From positions 1 through 64,000 of the forward strand of contig CDMY01000453.1 in assembly GCA_001179505.1 (NCBI GenBank): a stretch of DNA of 64,000 bases. Direction: 5' to 3'. Below, piece after piece: positions 59,170 through 64,000 of the stretch (position 1 is its first letter; the number at the start of each line of letters is the position of its first letter). The position numbers and the translations under genes were made by a program. The stretch comes from Vitrella brassicaformis CCMP3155 (Eukaryota; Protista; Chromerida). The notes under the pieces are model-generated. The model was given only the letters and a program-made list of their open reading frames with translations, was not told the DNA's origin and did not search any database.

Positions 59170-59265
59170 CGATGTCACCCGTGCCCTAAGATTTGGCAAG
59201 AAAAACAGCGCTGATCTGTGCGAGCTCGGAAATCTGCGAGCTTAGCGAAAAAGAAAGAAGCAAAA
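59170..59265. promoter_or_regulatory. Very compact bidirectional promoter/UTR region
   Basis: Only 96 bp between the divergent ATGs at 59169 (-) and 59266 (+). Confidence 0.5.
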
Positions 59266-61003
59266 ATGGATGAGAAGAAGGAGATGGACGAGAAACAGCA
59301 GACAGAGGCGAAGGAAGCCACGATAGCTGTTGCTGCTGCTGCTGCTGATCCTTCGGATGGTGGTGATGCGGAGAAGGCAGCGTCCGCACCCAAAGCAGCG
59401 AAAGCATCTGAGGCATCTTTCTCTCCCTCTCCCCCTCCTCATCCCCCGGGACACGCTCACACACAAGATGACAGCAAGCGTGACGCCAGCCAGAAGCAGC
59501 AGCATCCGCAGCCAGCACAGCCTCCTGCCGAGGCTCCTCCCCTTTTCGTCAAGCCTCGCGCATTCACCAAAGGCCGAGTCCGCAAGAGAGAGCGAGACGA
59601 CCACGACCAAGACCAAGACCAGAAGCAACGACCGACGACATCAGCTGGCGATGGAGATCTGGATCAGGAGCCGCACCATCAGGAGAAGGGCAGCATCGGG
59701 GAGGTGCAGATGCTGCAGCGGATGCGCGAGCGGCGGAAGGGGCTGAGTGTGGAGGTCATGAACACTACCATGGCGAGGGAGAGGGAGGAGGAGAAAGCTG
59801 CCGAAGAGGTAGCTGGGCTGCACACACACTCGCAGCCAGACAGCCAGCCAGCCAGCCAGACAGACAGACAGGCACGATGAACAGAATCGAACACATCACA
59901 CAGACGAGAGGCTCGATGGATGGACGCTTGATATATATGTGTGTGGTGTGTGTGGTGTGTATGCCATATGTAGGAGGAGGAGCAGTACGGCCTGTTGGAT
60001 CGGCAGTTTGCCAGCGCCGGGATGGGCGGGGCGGGCAGGAGAGGCAACGAGGCCATGGACCAACACCTGTAAGCCAAGCCAACCCAAGCCATCCTCCCAC
60101 CCGTCATGCTGTCGTCATTACATTGCCCTGTGTGCGTGGTGTGTGTTGTCTGTCAGCGAGGAGTTTTTGCGGGAGCGTTTGGATGTGACGGAGGACAAGG
60201 GCGATGAGGCGCCTCAGGAGAAGACGCGCGAGCAGGAGCTCTACGAGATACCCCCCGAGCTCAGGGTAAGTGGACCGTGTCTGTCGGTGCCACGCAGGCA
60301 CAACACAGCTGTGCGTGTGGTTTGTGTGTTGTGTTGTGTTGTTTGACCGGACAGATCAAGGATGCGACCGAGGAGCATGCCGAGAAGATGAATTGGGTCA
60401 CAGGCCTGGTCGAGGTGCCGCTGCCCATCGAGTAGGCAATGACACCGTCAAACCCACAATACACACAGCAACCACACCAGACAGACACACGAGTGCATCT
60501 GTCTGTGTGTGATTGTGTGATTGTGTGATTGTGTGTGTGTGTGTGTTAAAGGTACAAGCTCAAGAACATCGAGGCGACAGAGAAGGCCAAGCGCGAGAAG
60601 CTGCAGCTGGGCGGACAGAGCGTCGCTGCGTCGGGACGGCCCTGGGCTCCTGCTGCTGCTGCTGGTGGTGCTGCTGCCGCTGACGGTGTGTACCCATTAC
60701 CCATCCATCCACCACTCACACAACCATTTTCCACCACTGTGTGTGTGTGTTGTGTGTTGTGGCATGTGCAGCAGGTGATGAGGGTCTGGAGGTGGTGCAC
60801 AAGGCGTTCGGCTCCCGCTTCTTCAACCCCCACAGACCCAAGTCACAGGTGGGTGGGTGGGTGAGTCAGTCAGTCAGGGGCACAAGACATGTGGCTATCT
60901 ATCGTGTGTGTCTCCGATGTGTGTGTCTGATATGTGTGTATGTCAGATGGCGACGGACGACCAGACGCTGGAGAGGTTTCGGAAGCGGTTCAGGGGCCGA
61001 TAG
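59266..61003 (+). CDS. C9orf78: C9orf78 / Tls1 / HCA59 (Hep_59) spliceosome-associated protein, ~7 exons
   Basis: LQRMRERRKGLS, QFASAG..MDQHL|EEFLRERL, LYEIPPELR, NWVTGLVEVPLPIE|YKLKNIEATEKAK and ATDDQTLERFRKR. Confidence 0.85.
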
Positions 61004-61673
61004 ATAGGCTGATACATAGATTTGACTCACTCGTGAGATTGATGAGACCAGGCCGGTGGTGCAGACGGAAGAAACACTAGAAATGAGACTGGATAAGCTC
61101 CACTATCGTGGCGATTCCGTGAGCCAGGCGGGACCAAGTGGGCGAGGTGGTCATCTCCACCCTCACCTGCATGGTCTGGACGGGCTCGTGAAGTCGCTAC
61201 GATCGTGGAGTTCATCTCACTTGCAGCGAAACAACACGTGTGTGTGATGTCCTGTCTTCTTGACTTGAGTGTCTTATTGAGTACATCTACAACAGACAGA
61301 CAGAAATGAGCAACAAACGGCCATGAACATGACAATCCCCAACACACAAGCAAACAGCCGGGCAGGGTTTGTTGGGTGTGTAGGGTTTTTTTTGCCACGT
61401 CACAAGCTCGCAATCGCCGGGAAGGGAAGAGTGGATTGTGGGCGTGCCTCGCGCATTCCGAAGGTCACGTGAGCCTCGTTCTCTCAGCGGCTGTCGAATA
61501 GCTCGGTCGTTTGGGCGGCCTCTTGAGTGAGAGAGAGGCTTTCCTTTGGTCCTTTGCTCGGTCGGCCTGTGAGGCGCTGGTGTGAGCCTGTGAGGAGCTC
61601 CTCTCGGTATCGGTGTGGGTCGGTACTTGTATCATTGTTTGGTGAACCGAATTCTCACTGACAGTACGATACG

Positions 61674-61994
61674 ATGGCGGCCTTCAACTGCATCTGGTGA
61701 GTGGAGTGAGCCAAGAATGGATGGGTGGGGCAACAACAACACGGACACACACACGCACGCACACGCATGGGCGTGCACATGGATGCCTTTGCTCATTGTC
61801 TGTGTGCCGTACTGTGTGTGTACATGTGTGTGATGTTTGTCACTCAGTGAGTTTTTGAACGCGATCAACGGTCAGATTACTGCGGCGGCGGCGGCCAACT
61901 TCGACATGGTGACGGACGTGGCCACCGACGCCACCATCGAACCGCTCCCCACACAGGGAGGTAAGCAGTGACGAGAGCCGAGCCGACTACACAG

Positions 61995-62030
<36 letters not shown>

Positions 62031-62352
62031 CCTTGCCTTCGTCAACATATGATGGCGTGTGTGCGGTGTGGTCGGTGTGGCTGTGTCATTTGATTTGACC
62101 AGACACTGCTGCCGTCATGACGCCGGGCACAGTGCTGCTCACCGTGCTGCTCATCGCCTACCTCGTGCTGACATTCCAGGTGTGTACCGCCCCGCCCCGC
62201 CCACACACGCGCGCACTGGATGGATGGATGTGTTGTGGATGTCTGTGTGTGTGTGTGTGTGTGTGCAGCGTGGCGGCTCAGGCGGGGGGAAGCCCAGCGG
62301 GGGCGGGAGGGGCACACCGCCCCCCGGGCCCTCGCCGGACCCCATATTCTAG
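61674..62352 (+). CDS. Small single-pass membrane protein, SMIM14/DUF2615-like (~98 aa, 4 exons)
   Basis: Spliced MAAFNCICEFLNAING..|DTAAVMTPGTVLLTVLLIAYLVLTFQ|RGGSGGGKPSGGG..PPPGPSPDPIF*; all introns are phase-compatible. It has an N-terminal FxCxC, one TM and a GKP..PP tail. Confidence 0.55.
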
Positions 62353-62439
62353 ACACGCACACACACCATCACACACACGTCACATCACATTACTCCACAC
62401 CACACCGCCCCACCATGGTGGGTAGCTAGCTCGGTCCGG

Positions 62440-63640
62440 CTTGCTCGTTTCTCTCTCTCTCTCCCCCTCTCTCTGTCTCTCCCTACCTCTGAGTGAGTGT
62501 TTGTCCTACCTCGTTGTTATCCTGGCCGTCCTGTGCGTGCGTGTGGACGTTGTGCGATGAAATGGAATCGATGGAGTGGGATGGGATGCGGCCGGCTTCT
62601 ACCGTTTTTGGCCTGGCTGCCTGGCTGGCCGGCTGGCTGGCTGGCTGGCTGCGTCATCCCATCGCGAACGACCATGAGAGTGCAAGTTTTTCTTTTGCTG
62701 TGTGCTGTCTGTCTGCCTGCCTGCCTGCCTGCCTGTCTGGCTGTGTGGCTGCATCTGCACCTGTCCGTGCGTGGGGCGATCGTAAATACGACACACACAC
62801 AGCTAGAGAGAGAGAGAGGGACAGGCGCGGAGAGAAGGAGGAGCCTTTCAGGCAGGCAGACAGACAGGGCTGGCAGATGGGAGGCTGGTGCTCAGCACTC
62901 GGCTCACACACAAGCATAGACAGACAGAGAGACAGACAAATGGGGGTCAAATGGGACTCTCCATGTGTGTGTCAATGTGCGTGGTTCGTTCGAGACTCTG
63001 TGTGTGTGTGTGTGTGTGTGTGTCGCGCCCTACCTAATGATGATGTACAGATACTCTCTGTCCTTTGCTGTCCCGGGCGGCGCTGCTTGGCGGCGTCCGA
63101 CGCCGGCAACTGGTAGACAGTGAGCAGCGGCACTTAGCCAGCCAGACTGACGGACACGGGCGCACACACACACACACACACACGGCGAACCACACACAAC
63201 GGTCACAGACAGCCAGACAGACAGACAGGTGCGTCTCTCACTCACTTACCCTTGTCGACTTGTAATATGGGATGGATGGATGGATCCAGGTGGTTGGTTT
63301 ACTGTCTGGTTGTCTGTCTGCCTGCCTGCCTGCGCGTGTGTGTGGGTGTGCGTGTGTGCGTGTGTAGCGCGGGCAGTGATGCAGGGAGGGATGCGGGGAG
63401 GCGGGCAATAACGTACGACCCACGTTCCGTACGCACCGATGTGTGTTATATACCATATATACTAACTAGTGTACAGGTGAGCGTCTGTCGAGCGTCCCTG
63501 GCATGGCTGATGTGCTGGTGGTGTGGCGGATGAGGGTATGGATGGATGGATGCGCCCTTTTTTCGTCTGCGGGTGAAAGGAATGTCCGTGTGGCGTGTAG
63601 TCCGAGAGAGAGAGAGAGAGAGAGAGAAGTTTGCCCGCAC
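62440..63640. repeat. Microsatellite-dense non-coding tract ((GA)n, (GT)n, (GGCT)n, (CCTG)n, (GGAT)n)
   Basis: Directly visible simple repeats; no credible spliced ORF found. Confidence 0.7.
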
Positions 63641-64000
63641 ATGGACATGGGTGATGTATGTGTTGGTGACGGTGTGATGATGGTGCCGTTGGTGTGTGGT
63701 GTTGGTGTGGACGGACCTGTCTGCCTGCCTACGTCATGTCATGATGAAGGCACACTATATAGTCTATACGCAACCAACGGGCCCACTCCACTGGATGAGC
63801 TTAGCTCTTGTTGATGGGAACCATAAAATCACCGTCTCTTTATTTTATCGTTCCGTGACATCCGAGTCAGGCCGGGCAATCCATCCATACATCCACCACG
63901 CCACCCCCCCAGTCACCACCCTTTAGTTGCTTACCGTGCGACAAACGAACAGACAGACAGACAAACCAGGCAGGCTCTTCAGCACATCCAGCCACTCCAT

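Noticed and set aside
62042-63926. Many short ORFs rich in CVCV, THTH, LSVC or WMDG (here and throughout the window)
   Set aside because: Translations of intronic or intergenic microsatellites.

Overview
Intron-rich eukaryotic genomic DNA with no rRNA, tRNA, CRISPR array or intact transposon visible. The introns are short GT-AG introns full of (CA)n, (GACA)n and (GGAT)n microsatellites. Together with the ankyrin and BTB/TLD-like families present, this suggests a chromerid alveolate such as Vitrella (inference, not proven). About 15 genes could be spliced by hand. The main finding is a ~22-exon gene (4171-10525, minus) with the full architecture of a membrane-bound epsilon-poly-L-lysine synthetase (Pls): adenylation domain, carrier domain, six TM segments and three C-terminal repeats. 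Its hand-read specificity code, DAESIGTVVK, is lysine-like. Also present: a 19-kb polycystin-1-like REJ/GAIN-GPS adhesion protein with PAN, trefoil, lectin-like and bacterial Ig-like modules; a secreted multi-PAN protein head-to-head with the Pls gene; TGS1-like methyltransferase; ankyrin protein; RNase T2; BTB/TLD-like gene with two frameshifts; GPATCH3; a PPR-like locus; a CENP-B/Tc5 HTH-only protein; a small Cys-rich secreted protein; an ABCI/CAF16-like ATPase only 96 bp from a divergent C9orf78/Tls1 gene; and an SMIM14-like protein. Exon boundaries were read manually, so terminal coordinates are approximate.
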